DNA of 64,000 nt from Phycisphaerae bacterium (GTDB taxonomy: Bacteria > Planctomycetota > Phycisphaerae > SM23-33): NCBI GenBank assembly GCA_030745875.1, contig JASLNT010000050.1, positions 3,115 to 67,114 on the forward strand, given 5' to 3'. A program made the position numbers and the translations under genes. Positions 47,001 through 55,910 of the stretch are shown here, in pieces; within the stretch, counting starts at the first letter, position 1; every line of letters starts with the position of its first letter. Under the pieces are notes generated by a model, which had not been told where the DNA came from, made no database searches, and was given only the letters and a program-made list of their open reading frames with translations.

Positions 47001-48643
47001 GCGAGTTGACGATCAGCAACGACGGTTCTGTCCATGCAACCAATACGCTTAAACTGTGGTCCGGCGGCACGCTGAACGTCAGTGGCGGAAACATCTCGGC
47101 CGCGTTGATGATAAATGACGGCGGTACGGTGAACTTCACGTCCGGCCGGCTCAATTGCACCGGAGAATTCTCTCTTGGTACGGACGAATTCCTGGGCTCC
47201 AGCGTGACTCTGGGTCCCGCGATGACCCTGTCTGTCGGCGATACGCTTGAACTAATGTCCGGAAGTACGCTGAACGTCAGCGGTGGAACCGTCTCGGCCG
47301 CCGCGATGGTCAATTCCGGAGGCACGGCGAACTTTACGTCCGGCTGGGTCAATTGCACCGGAGATTTCTCCGTAGCCCCGGGCGAATTCCTCGGCTCAAA
47401 CCCGACGCTGGGTTCCGGGACAACCCTGTCTGTCGCCGGGACGCTGACGATCGACAGTCTTTCGGATCTGACGTTGAACGGCGGGAGGCTCTCGGCGGGC
47501 TCTCTACAGGCGTACGGCGAATTTACGTTCAACAGCGGAACGTTCGTCCTGACCGACGGCGATCTGACAATCGGCGCCGGCGGGCAGTTGGGGAGCACTG
47601 TGGAACTGTCGAGCGGGCAGGCGGTCGAGGTGACTAACACGACCACAGTTAACGCCGAAGGAATGATAACGCTTGATCGCGGATCCCTGTTGAGCGGGGA
47701 ACTGGCCAACGACGGGCTGGTGCGTTTGGAATCGCTGGCTTCAGTACTGAGCGGCGGGGTTGTGACCAACCGCGGCGAGATATCCGGCACGGGCCGCATC
47801 AGCGCGATGCTGGTTAACGAAATCGCCGGCGAGGTCCGCGCCGGCACCGGCGAGCAGTTGCGATTCAGCGGTTTGGGCAACAGCAACGCCGGAAGTATCG
47901 AAGCGATCGGCGGCGAGGTTGAGTTCACCGGCGATCTGACGAACGCAGCGTCTACGGGGCTGATCACCGGGCGTAACGCCATGTTACGATTTGCTGGAGG
48001 CCTTACCAACGCCGGTTCGGTGGCCCTGAGCTTCGGGACGTCGGATATCTTCGGCGATATCGACAACGAGGAAAGCGGGCGAATCGTGATTTCCGGCGCC
48101 GGAAACGCAACGTTCTACGACGATCTGGTTAACGACGGCTCGGTTCGCATCAGCGCCGGATCGAGCGCGGTGTACTTCGGCGAGGTCTCCGGGTCGGGCA
48201 GCTTTATCGGGACGGGTACGAACTACTTCGAAGGCGACCTTTGCCCGGGCTCGAGCCCCGGCGAGTTGGACTTCGGCGGCGATGTGGTGTTCGGACCGTT
48301 TTCCTCGCTTCAAATCGAACTCGGCGGAATGCTCATCGGAGATGAGCACGACTGCCTGAACGTGGCCGGCGTTCTGACACTGAGCGGAACGCTTGATGTG
48401 GCGTTGATCGGCGATTTCACTCCCGCTGGCGGCGACACGTTCGACATACTCAACTGGGGCGCCCTGGCGGGTGCAACGTTTGACGAAGTCAACCTGCCCG
48501 AACTGAGCGACGGACTGGACTGGGACACCTCGGAGTTGTACACCATCGGCGAATTGAGCGTCACACCCGAACCGGCGACCGCAGCGGCGTTGCTGCTGGG
48601 CCTGGGCGCCGTTATTCGCCGCCGGAGGAAGCGATTGGCATAA
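44012..48643 (+). CDS. giant PEP-CTERM-anchored repeat protein (beta-helix/adhesin-like)
   Basis: 1543 aa with SD AAAGGGA. Signal peptide present. Dozens of G/N/S/T/V-rich repeats (GTVTVDGAGSTWTNS...GTGxLNVLNGGAVSN). The C-terminus VTPEPATAAALLLGLGAVIRRRRKRLA is a PEP-CTERM signal. Confidence 0.9.
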   Translation: MNERANITVLCSVVALAVLGAGSLQAADYNWNVGDGAFDTPSSWDPAGPPAGGDTALFALPGSHTVTFGSSPANGLLSISYGDYDFNLQGNTYTLNTGVSVTVGDEAGSEASLTLLDGTLSGRNAGIGYQAGSDGTVTVDGAGSFWTNSFNFYVGKYGSGALNILNGGAVSSSSTSYQRGSHIGAYNGSNGTVTVDGAGSIWTDSGNMYIGGLYNAAGGTGELTVSNGGSVSVTGTLKLWSGGTLNISNGNISSASMVNVGGTVNISDGNISTASMTNNGGAVNFDNGTLTTESFQSAADSLSGVGVINTHGLASDVDLVFDAENGLTQILTIDGPGQDITVNLDADGSGAMGAGYGGEGSMHISDGVALQSTHGYIGYAVGSNGTVTADGSGSTWTNSKILYVGSSGTGVLNVLNGGAVSNASGYVGRYVGSDGTVTVDGSGSTWTNSGALYIAGSNSSGGTGELTVSNGGSVNVTGTLKLWSGGTLNISDGNVSAASVINNGGAVNFDNGTLTTELLQSAADNLSGVGVINTNSLVSDVNLVFDAANGLTQVLTIDGPGQDITVNLDADGSGPMGAGYGGEGSMHISDALTLQSTDGYVGYEAGSNGTVTVDGAGSTWTNSSFLQVGFYGTGALNVLNGGAVSNTYAYVGRYVGSDGTVTVDGAGSTWTNSSFFQVGANGTGVLNVLNGGAVSNKSGSVGTSVGSDGRVTVDGAGSTWTNLQSFKVGANGAGVLNVLNGGAVSNTAGYVGYAVGSNGTVTVDGAGSTWTNSSFLMVGSNGTGALNVLNGGAVSNTFGYVGRYVGSDGTVIVDGAGSTWTNSGSLLVGVNGTGTLNVLNGGAVSSAYGYVGLHAGSGGTVTVAGAGSTWANSDGLYIGGWSNSTGGAGQVTVDNGGLVSVGMQLEVWREGTLDTTSSGEVVVGGAAVGAAGSLTIGSDAAGEFSVVDGGGVSNSTGYIGYSSGSVGAATVDGAGSTWANSNSLYIGGSSSSAGGTGELTISNDGSVHATNTLKLWSGGTLNVSGGNISAALMINDGGTVNFTSGRLNCTGEFSLGTDEFLGSSVTLGPAMTLSVGDTLELMSGSTLNVSGGTVSAAAMVNSGGTANFTSGWVNCTGDFSVAPGEFLGSNPTLGSGTTLSVAGTLTIDSLSDLTLNGGRLSAGSLQAYGEFTFNSGTFVLTDGDLTIGAGGQLGSTVELSSGQAVEVTNTTTVNAEGMITLDRGSLLSGELANDGLVRLESLASVLSGGVVTNRGEISGTGRISAMLVNEIAGEVRAGTGEQLRFSGLGNSNAGSIEAIGGEVEFTGDLTNAASTGLITGRNAMLRFAGGLTNAGSVALSFGTSDIFGDIDNEESGRIVISGAGNATFYDDLVNDGSVRISAGSSAVYFGEVSGSGSFIGTGTNYFEGDLCPGSSPGELDFGGDVVFGPFSSLQIELGGMLIGDEHDCLNVAGVLTLSGTLDVALIGDFTPAGGDTFDILNWGALAGATFDEVNLPELSDGLDWDTSELYTIGELSVTPEPATAAALLLGLGAVIRRRRKRLA
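44570..45780 (+). repeat. intragenic segmental duplication (two ~0.5-kb copies, ~44570-45110 and ~45300-45780)
   Basis: The copies are collinear at nucleotide and protein level (GTVTVDG.GS.WT.SG..YI.G....GGTGELTVSNGGSV.VTGTLKLWSGGTLNIS...DGPGQDITVNLDADGSG.MGAGYGGEGSMHISD). Copy 1 carries an extra 60 nt. A third, more diverged copy lies near 46900-47160. Confidence 0.85.
45811..46710 (+). repeat. six tandem 150-nt (50-aa) coding repeats
   Basis: The anchor GATCGACCTGGACAAACT recurs at 45861, 46011, 46161, 46311 and 46461, with a variant at 46611. CGTCGG unit starts fall at 45811, 45961, 46111, 46261, 46411 and 46561. Units 1 and 4 differ at about 14 of 150 positions by my count. Confidence 0.9.
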
Positions 48644-48883
48644 CGGCGCGGCAGTAGGGAGCCGGCAGGCGGCGACGGCGAAAACCTAACGGCGGGTATC
48701 CAGGCCGAGGGATACAATACGTAATTATGAAGTTTCGTGCATACGGAAGGCGTGATGGAGTATTGCATCCCTTGATCGAAGCCGGTAGGAAAAAGACAAG
48801 CCGGCAAGAAAACAATGGATCGACCGTTTCTAATAGACAGGCTGGTTCTGACATTACATCTAAGAGACTTAAGGAAAACCACA

Positions 48884-50329
48884 ATGAAAAAACTCTCCAT
48901 TGCAATCTTACTGCTGCTGACGCTAACCGTTACGGCTCCGCTGGCCCAGGGGCTCGAGCTTTCGCCTATGTTCACCGACCATGCTGTTCTGCAGCAGGGG
49001 ATGGAAGTTCCTGTCTGGGGTTGGGCCAAGCCCGACTCGGCGGTGAGCGTCGCCTTCGCAGGGCAAACCGCCAAGACCAAGGCCGACAAGAATGGCGCGT
49101 GGAGCCTGAAGCTCAAATCGCTTAAGGTCGACAAGAAGCCGCAAAAAATGACCATAACCGGTGACGGCGCCACTATCACGCTTTCCGACATCCTCGTCGG
49201 CGAGGTCTGGTTCTGCTCGGGTCAATCGAATATGGAGCAGACAGTCACACGCGAGGGAATCGGTTACGGCGGCAGCATTATGCCCAAGCACGTCAAGCCA
49301 GACGAGCTCGGCTTGATTCGTCACATCAAGTTCCCGCATAAACAGGCCAAACAGCCTGTCAGGAAGACCGCAGTCAAGATGCCCTGGACTGTTTGCTCTT
49401 CCAAGACGGTCGGCCACTTCACTGCCGCCGGTTTCTACTTCGCCACCGTAATCAACAAAGAGCTCGGCGTGCCCGTCGGCCTGATTGGCTGCAACTGGGG
49501 CGGCTGCAGAATTGAGCCCTGGATACCTCAAGAGGGTTACGACGTCATGAAGGGATTCGACAAGAATTGGAAGCCGAGAGGTTACTCGGGAATGTTCAAC
49601 GGGATGGGCGCCACCGCGGCGCCTTACGCGATCCGCGGAGCAATCTGGTACCAGGGCGAATCCAACGGCGGCGAGGGTGAAACCTACTTCCAGAAGAAGA
49701 AGGCTCTCTATGAAGGCTGGAAGAAGGTCTGGGCCCAAGGCGACTTCCCGCTCTATTTCGCACAGCTCGCCAGTTTCAGGGCTCCCAACGCAAATCCCGC
49801 CGGCGGTGACGGTTGGGCGAAAGTCCGAGAAGCACAGCGAAAATGTCTCACGCTGCCCAACACAGGGATGGCGGTCCTGACCGACATTGGTGATCCTCGC
49901 AACATTCATCCTCTCAATAAGTACGACGTCGGCCGGCGCCTGGCGCTCTGGGCGCTCGCTAAGGACTACGGAAAGAAAGACCTCGTCTATTCCGGGCCGC
50001 TATTCAAGTCCGCTGAGTTCAAAGACGGTAAGGCGACGATCACCTTTGACCATTGCAAGGGCCTCAAGGCCGCCCTGAAAGAACGCGGTAAAAAGAATAT
50101 TGAGGACCCCAAACCTGTGGACGCCCTCAAAGGCTTCGCCATCGCCGGAGCCGACAAGAAATGGGTCTGGGCGGATGCAAAGATCCAGGGCGATAAAGTC
50201 GTCCTGAGCTCCAAGGAAGTCAAGCAGCCCGTTGCGGCGCGTTACTTGTTCACTATGAACACCGCCCACGGCACGCTTTACAACGGCGCCAACCTGCCAG
50301 CCGCTCCGTTCCGCACGGATGATTGGTAA
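48884..50329 (+). CDS. secreted sialate O-acetylesterase-like (DUF303) carbohydrate esterase
   Basis: ATG 48884 lies after AAGGAAAACC. Signal peptide MKKLSIAILLLLTLTVTAPLAQG. VGEVWFCSGQSNME and IWYQGESN blocks are present. Confidence 0.85.
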   Translation: MKKLSIAILLLLTLTVTAPLAQGLELSPMFTDHAVLQQGMEVPVWGWAKPDSAVSVAFAGQTAKTKADKNGAWSLKLKSLKVDKKPQKMTITGDGATITLSDILVGEVWFCSGQSNMEQTVTREGIGYGGSIMPKHVKPDELGLIRHIKFPHKQAKQPVRKTAVKMPWTVCSSKTVGHFTAAGFYFATVINKELGVPVGLIGCNWGGCRIEPWIPQEGYDVMKGFDKNWKPRGYSGMFNGMGATAAPYAIRGAIWYQGESNGGEGETYFQKKKALYEGWKKVWAQGDFPLYFAQLASFRAPNANPAGGDGWAKVREAQRKCLTLPNTGMAVLTDIGDPRNIHPLNKYDVGRRLALWALAKDYGKKDLVYSGPLFKSAEFKDGKATITFDHCKGLKAALKERGKKNIEDPKPVDALKGFAIAGADKKWVWADAKIQGDKVVLSSKEVKQPVAARYLFTMNTAHGTLYNGANLPAAPFRTDDW

Positions 50330-50358
50330 ACTGTCGCGCCGGACAGGATTGAAGGTGT

Positions 50359-50377
50359 CTCCGGAATTCGGAGTTTT
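50359..50377 (+). terminator. small rho-independent terminator candidate
   Basis: CTCCG-GAATT-CGGAG followed by TTTT, 30 nt after the esterase stop. The stem is only 5 bp. Confidence 0.4.
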
Positions 50378-50412
50378 CAACATCCAATCAGCGGCGTTCA
50401 TTGGGCCAAGGG

Positions 50413-52812
50413 TCAGTTCTTCCGTTTGACCAGGCGGCATTGGAGCACTCTGCCGGTTGCCTTGCCCTTGCGCGCCTGAAACCGGACGGTAACCTTGTCT
50501 TTCTTCTCGCACAGATCCATCGGAATCGTATACGTGACGTTGAAGGGCTTGGCGTTCTTCTTTGCTTTGAACGTTTGGGTTGTGATCTGGCGTTTGTCGA
50601 CCTGGATGTCAAACTCGCAGTCTTCGGCTCCGACGTACGTGACTGTCATGTCGGCCACTCGACTGGCCGGGAGCTTCATGTCGTAGGAGAACCAGGCTCC
50701 GTCGCGGGCGTATCTGGCGGGTTGATCGTCGGCTCGGGCGATAATCGATTCGGAGTCCTTGAAGTTGTGAGCCTTCTCGGATCTCTCCAAAGGCGTTACG
50801 CTGTCGACAGTGCGGGCGGCTAGATCCTTCAATATCGCCCGGGCGTCTTTGCGTTTGGCGTCTTTGGCTTTCCAGGCCTGCTCGGTAGTCAGGTCCCAAT
50901 AGACGGTGTACCGCTGATGGTGGGCTTTGTAGAAGGGGATCAGCGAGATGTCGGCGGGGCGGCCGACACCGACGGTCTTGAATTCGAGCGGTTTTCCGGC
51001 GATGGGCTTTACCCACTGGTCCACCGGTTTGCCGACAGCCGTCAGGTCCGGTACGTCCGGGGTTGGGGTCCCGTTGTAGGCCCGGTGCTCGACCTGGGCG
51101 TAGGGCATCTCGCCGGTGAATCCGGCGCGTCCAAGTTGCCCGGCCAGCAGGATCGGACCGTACATGATCGCGACTCTTTGCGGTGCGTTTTCCATTGCCT
51201 CCAACCGCAAGCTCATCGGAAGAGCAACGTTTACCGTATCCCCTTTGCTCCACAACCTGTCGATCGAGAGATACTGTCCGGGCTTGCTGGATGTATCGAC
51301 CTTCCGACCGTTGACGGTGATTTTCAAGACCGGTCCTGCCCAGGACGGATGGCGGATCTTCAACGCCGCCCGGACGGGTTTGTCGCAGTCGAATACGAAA
51401 CGGGTCTTCGGTTCGTAGGGGAATTTCGTCTGCTGGCTGATTTTCAGGCCTTTGGCTCGCCAAGTCAGCTCCGAGGCGATAAACAGGTTCACGTACAGGC
51501 TCTTGTCGTCGTGGAAGTAGATGCTGTCGCCGTATTTTACGTGGTTTTCCAGGCCGCTGCCCGTGCAGCACCAGAAACTGTTGTCCGGCGAGTTGTAGGT
51601 GTGGAAGTGCCCGGGCTTGAGCGAGCAGAAGTAGATCGTGGCGCCTTTCCCGGGTTCCTGAGACGCCAGTATGTGGTTGTACAGCGCCCGCTCGTAGTAG
51701 TCGGCGTACTGAGTGTCAGCCGTCCATGCGAACAGATGCCGCGTCAGTCTCAGCATGTTATACGTGTTGCATGTTTCGGCGGTGCTTGGGGTCAAACGCT
51801 TCCACAGCTCGCCCTTGGAGCGGAAATGTTCGCGTTCGCTGTTGCCTCCGTTGACGTAGGATCGATTTCGCACGACTTCCTCCCAGAAGAATTCGGCAGC
51901 CGTGCGGAGGTCCCGGTTCCCGGTAAGTTCGTACTGCCTGGCCGCTCCGACGACCTTTGGGACCTGCGTGTTTGCGTGCAGGCCTTCAAGGCGATCCTGA
52001 CGTTTGGACAGCGGATCGAGCACGAACCTGTGATTGAAGCGGGTCGCCAGTTTCAGGTGCTCGGGTCTGGCGGTTAAGGCGTAGATGTCGGCGAGCACTT
52101 CGTTCATTCCGCCGATTTCGCATTGGAACATGGTCTCGAACTGATCGGCGGTCAGCTTGCCGGTGACCTTGTCGGCCCAGTCGGTCATCGCCACTACGAT
52201 CGTCTTGGCCTTCTCGTTGTTGCAGTAACGATGCGCGTCGACGAGCCCGGCGTACAGTTTGTGAAGGTTGTACCACGGGACCCATCCCCCGTTCAGGCCG
52301 AACTTTTTGGCTTCGATCTTACCGGCTGCGAGTTCCGCGAAGATCCGCTTGGCCTCGGGAACTCCGCCGACGTATCCGTTTCCGTAGACTTTCTGGCAGA
52401 TCTCAAGTTCGTCGACGATATAGTTGACCCGGTCGGCGAACTGTTTGTCGCCCGACGCGGCGTACATCATCGAACACGCCGACATGTAATGCCCGAGTAT
52501 GTGCCCGGTAAGCCCCAGGCGCTCCCACCCGCCGTAATCCTCGGCTTTGGGCTCCAGGCCGGCTCGCTTCCGGATAAGCGCCAGGAGCCTGTCGGGCTCA
52601 AGCTCAAGCAGGTATTTGGCGTCGAGGTCCATGGCGCTCTTGAAAGGCCCGTCCGACAGTCGAACGTCCTTAAGGCTGAAGGCGCGAGCCTTGATCGGGA
52701 TTTTCGGCGCGACGAGGTATTTCACATCGGTCTGCTGAGGCGCCGACGTGCAGGCCGGGAGAGTTGTTGCAAGGGCGGTTGTCAACGCGATCAGCAGCTT
52801 CTTCATTTTCAT
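50413..52812 (-). CDS. glycoside hydrolase family 127 (beta-L-arabinofuranosidase-like, DUF1680)
   Basis: 799 aa with a signal peptide. Blocks HILGHYMSA, NTYNMLRLTRHLF, YERALYNHILASQ and the FWCCTGSGLENH Cys motif typical of GH127. Confidence 0.85.
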   Translation of the reverse strand: MKMKKLLIALTTALATTLPACTSAPQQTDVKYLVAPKIPIKARAFSLKDVRLSDGPFKSAMDLDAKYLLELEPDRLLALIRKRAGLEPKAEDYGGWERLGLTGHILGHYMSACSMMYAASGDKQFADRVNYIVDELEICQKVYGNGYVGGVPEAKRIFAELAAGKIEAKKFGLNGGWVPWYNLHKLYAGLVDAHRYCNNEKAKTIVVAMTDWADKVTGKLTADQFETMFQCEIGGMNEVLADIYALTARPEHLKLATRFNHRFVLDPLSKRQDRLEGLHANTQVPKVVGAARQYELTGNRDLRTAAEFFWEEVVRNRSYVNGGNSEREHFRSKGELWKRLTPSTAETCNTYNMLRLTRHLFAWTADTQYADYYERALYNHILASQEPGKGATIYFCSLKPGHFHTYNSPDNSFWCCTGSGLENHVKYGDSIYFHDDKSLYVNLFIASELTWRAKGLKISQQTKFPYEPKTRFVFDCDKPVRAALKIRHPSWAGPVLKITVNGRKVDTSSKPGQYLSIDRLWSKGDTVNVALPMSLRLEAMENAPQRVAIMYGPILLAGQLGRAGFTGEMPYAQVEHRAYNGTPTPDVPDLTAVGKPVDQWVKPIAGKPLEFKTVGVGRPADISLIPFYKAHHQRYTVYWDLTTEQAWKAKDAKRKDARAILKDLAARTVDSVTPLERSEKAHNFKDSESIIARADDQPARYARDGAWFSYDMKLPASRVADMTVTYVGAEDCEFDIQVDKRQITTQTFKAKKNAKPFNVTYTIPMDLCEKKDKVTVRFQARKGKATGRVLQCRLVKRKN

Positions 52813-52927
52813 TTCGCCAGTTCCTAAGAGTTTCCCGTAAACATATGAAAAGCGCGGATTGTATTCTTGTCCAAGGCGATAGTGTTGTCAACGCCGCGTG
52901 CTGAACGCCCCCGCGGCGGGTGACAAG

Positions 52928-54466
52928 TCAGTCTTCGATCAGAGTGATGTCCGTGGTCGGTTTCTTGTATTTCTTCTTGGCGATATACGATTTGGCGTCG
53001 TCCACCATCTTCCTGGTGATCTTGAATTCGTAGTTGCGATAGTCCTTTAGCTTCAGGTCGCCGACCCAGAAGAATCCCCACTTGTCGAAGAAATCCGTCA
53101 GGTCCGTCTCGCCGACGTCGCAGCATATCTTCACGAACTCAAACTGGTTTTTGATCGAATCGTTTCCTCGGCCCGCATCGGGGGTAAGTCGCATCTTTTC
53201 CATAACGTCGGCGTAGAAATCCGCCTTGCCGTTTCGCGAGAAGTACAGATGCAGCTGCCAAAACGGGACCAGGCGTTGGAATACGTCGCCGACGGCGAGA
53301 TACGATTTTTTCGGATTCGCGTTGATAATGTTCTTGCGCGCCGCAGCGTACTTTCGGGATTTTTTCAGGCGGCTGGCGTTGCCCATTTTGATGCAGGTGT
53401 AGAGCGTGAGAATGTTGTTGCTGACTTCGGTCATTCCGCCCCATGTGATCTGGCGCAATTGCATTGCGTGCCCGACCTCGTGACAGAAGCCCCAGCACGG
53501 GTCGCCGACGACGACCACGCTGGGGTCTGCGACCATTCGCATAGTGCCCTTGTTGCCCAGATACGCCATCCCGTCACGATCGCGGAACATGTAATAGTGG
53601 AAGTTAACTCGCGCCAGGATGCGATTCCGGGGCAGCTTCTTGTACTTGACCAGCCCCATCAGCGTGTAGTGATGGTTGAGCATTGTGTCGTAGTTGTTGA
53701 TCAGCTTGACGCCCTTGCTGCGGGTGTAGACGTTGAACCATTCAACCGGATAGGCGACCTGGATGTGCTTGCCCCGAGCGTCCAGGACGGGGCTTACGGC
53801 GTTGTCCAGCAGGCGGTCCCAGTCCTTGTTGGTGTGTTTGGCGATGTCGAAGAATCCGTTCACTTTTCCGGTGAGGAAGTGAACGGTCACCTTGGGCGCC
53901 TTGTCGGCGTCGTCGTCAAAATAGCTGACGTATGCGTTGCCCGCCTTCTTCACGTCGATCACGTTCAGGCCCGTCTTCAGTTCAAACTGCTGACGGTGCA
54001 GACCCCATCCGCCGCGGTCCTTCCAGGGGTTGTATCCTTTCGGCGGTTTTCGCATCCATTCGGGGATCAGCAGCGATAGTCTCTTCCCAGACGTGTCGCC
54101 TACGAAGACCGCGTTTTGCCCCGCCTCCAGGTACATGCCCGTGATATTCTCGTAACGGCTGAAGCCCGAGCCCAGCTTTAAGACCCTCCCCAGTTCGCGG
54201 GGCGAAGGATACGCCTGGTAGCTTGCAGCTCGATACGTCCTGTCGTACTTGTCCTTGAGCATCTCGCCAGAGGCTTTCTTGAGCAGTTTGCTCTTGAAGC
54301 GGCCGATATCTTTGACCTTTACGCTGGTCTTCAACCGGCTGCAGCTTGCGTCCGTGAAGAACTGCATGTCGGACTTTATCGCCTTAGTGTCGATCCCGGC
54401 TCCGAAAGCAGCGGTCGATAATGACACAAACAAAACGGACAGAACACATCTTTTCATGTTACTCAT
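52928..54466 (-). CDS. secreted M60-like (enhancin-type) zinc metallopeptidase
   Basis: The start was trimmed to ATG 54466 (54457 is also possible). Signal peptide MKRCVLSVLFVSLSTAAFGAG. HExxH motif in WGFCHEVGHAMQ. Confidence 0.8.
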   Translation of the reverse strand: MSNMKRCVLSVLFVSLSTAAFGAGIDTKAIKSDMQFFTDASCSRLKTSVKVKDIGRFKSKLLKKASGEMLKDKYDRTYRAASYQAYPSPRELGRVLKLGSGFSRYENITGMYLEAGQNAVFVGDTSGKRLSLLIPEWMRKPPKGYNPWKDRGGWGLHRQQFELKTGLNVIDVKKAGNAYVSYFDDDADKAPKVTVHFLTGKVNGFFDIAKHTNKDWDRLLDNAVSPVLDARGKHIQVAYPVEWFNVYTRSKGVKLINNYDTMLNHHYTLMGLVKYKKLPRNRILARVNFHYYMFRDRDGMAYLGNKGTMRMVADPSVVVVGDPCWGFCHEVGHAMQLRQITWGGMTEVSNNILTLYTCIKMGNASRLKKSRKYAAARKNIINANPKKSYLAVGDVFQRLVPFWQLHLYFSRNGKADFYADVMEKMRLTPDAGRGNDSIKNQFEFVKICCDVGETDLTDFFDKWGFFWVGDLKLKDYRNYEFKITRKMVDDAKSYIAKKKYKKPTTDITLIED

Positions 54467-54509
54467 ATTATGGGAACCTTGTTTGGAAGGGCGTCTTCGT
54501 CGGCGCCGT

Positions 54510-55763
54510 TTATTTCCCGGCGACGTCATAAACGCCGAGTTTATCACCATAGCGGATATAGAGCCTCCCGCCGCACACGACGGGATGCGCCCAGGTGGGC
54601 CTCTTGCCCCAATCCTTGATCTTGAGACGCCCGGTGACTTCGAACCCGGTGTCGGTATGTTTGGCTAGGACCATTTTTCCATCGTCCGAGTAGAGGTAGA
54701 ACATCCCGTCGGCGAAGGTGAGGCAGGCGTTGGGGTATTTATACGAGGATCGTACGGGAAAGGACTTGGAGATGTTCTTGCCCGACTTGAAATCAACGCA
54801 TATCCAGGGCGCGGACCTGTTGCCCAATTCGGCGTATCCGTAGAGCCTGCCATTGTCCAGAATGATCCCTCCCTGCTTGTTGTCGAGCGTCCTGTTATGC
54901 CACTGCAGTTTAACCGAACAGTTGTCGCCCGAAACTCCGAGTCGCAGCGAGGTGGTTCCCTTCCTGACGCAGCCCGAGACGATTAGAAAACCCTCGTGGA
55001 AGATCGGCGTTGTGATGTTTTCATCGAAGTAGACCTTGTGCGGATACCTCCACAGCAGTTTTCCGTCAGAGGCCCGCACGCCGACTATCGACTCCGACAT
55101 TGCCGTTACAATCTGCCTGAGCCCTTTGTACTCAATCAGTATCGGCGAGGCGTAACCGGGCTTGTCGCCGGAGCCTTTGCACGTCCAGACGACCTTACCG
55201 GTCTTCCTGTTCAGGGCGACCATGCTGACATCCGGGCCGCCCGGCGTGCAGATAACCTTGTCGTCGAATACGAGCGGTGATTCGGCCAGACCCCATATGA
55301 TGTTGCGCCCGCCGAATTTCTTCATGATGTCAACCGACCAGACCGGCTGGCCGTTGTCGGCCTTGAGGCATGCGAGATTCCCGATCCCGCTGAGGTGATA
55401 GAGCAGCCCGTCGGTTATCGTCGGAGTGGAGCGGGTCCCGGGATACGACTTCTTCCAGGCCCGCCCGTTCTTCCTGGTCCAGACCTTCTTTCCGTTCATA
55501 TCCATTGCGGTTATGACGCAATCGCCATCGATACTCCCGGTGGTGTAGATTCTCTTGGCGGCGATTGCAACAGTCGAGTATCCCTCGCCGATTCCCGCGG
55601 TCTCCCAGACGCGCGAAGGACCGCCTTCGGGCCATTTCTTCAACAACCCCTTGTCGAGGGATTTGTTGTCGCGATTCGGTCCGTGGAACTGCGGCCAGTC
55701 GGCGGCGGAGACTGATGCGGCGACTACCAGAACCAGCGATATAGCGTATTTCATCGAAAGCAT
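54510..55763 (-). CDS. secreted PQQ-like/BamB-like beta-propeller repeat protein
   Basis: ATG 55763 lies after GGAGAAAGGA. Signal peptide, then AADWPQFHGPNRDNKS, the typical opening of this family. Repeated blade motifs follow. Confidence 0.8.
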   Translation of the reverse strand: MLSMKYAISLVLVVAASVSAADWPQFHGPNRDNKSLDKGLLKKWPEGGPSRVWETAGIGEGYSTVAIAAKRIYTTGSIDGDCVITAMDMNGKKVWTRKNGRAWKKSYPGTRSTPTITDGLLYHLSGIGNLACLKADNGQPVWSVDIMKKFGGRNIIWGLAESPLVFDDKVICTPGGPDVSMVALNRKTGKVVWTCKGSGDKPGYASPILIEYKGLRQIVTAMSESIVGVRASDGKLLWRYPHKVYFDENITTPIFHEGFLIVSGCVRKGTTSLRLGVSGDNCSVKLQWHNRTLDNKQGGIILDNGRLYGYAELGNRSAPWICVDFKSGKNISKSFPVRSSYKYPNACLTFADGMFYLYSDDGKMVLAKHTDTGFEVTGRLKIKDWGKRPTWAHPVVCGGRLYIRYGDKLGVYDVAGK

Positions 55764-55910
55764 GTCCTTTCTCCCCGAGTTCTCCAGCCGACGATCATCG
55801 GCGACCTTTGCGACAGTTTCATCGCGAATCGCTAGATCAGCAAGCATTTTCTCCGCCTGGCGACGAGGAAACTCTGATTCAATTCAAGCGACACCGGGAA
55901 ATCGGCGCCT

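Noticed and set aside
44566-48349. Several long minus-strand ORFs (178, 181, 158, 423, 502 and 121 aa) inside the PEP-CTERM giant gene.
   Set aside because: They are generated by the same repeats read in reverse, giving periodic P/S/T/V- or R/A/D-rich products. The plus-strand frame has an SD, a signal peptide and a PEP-CTERM tail.
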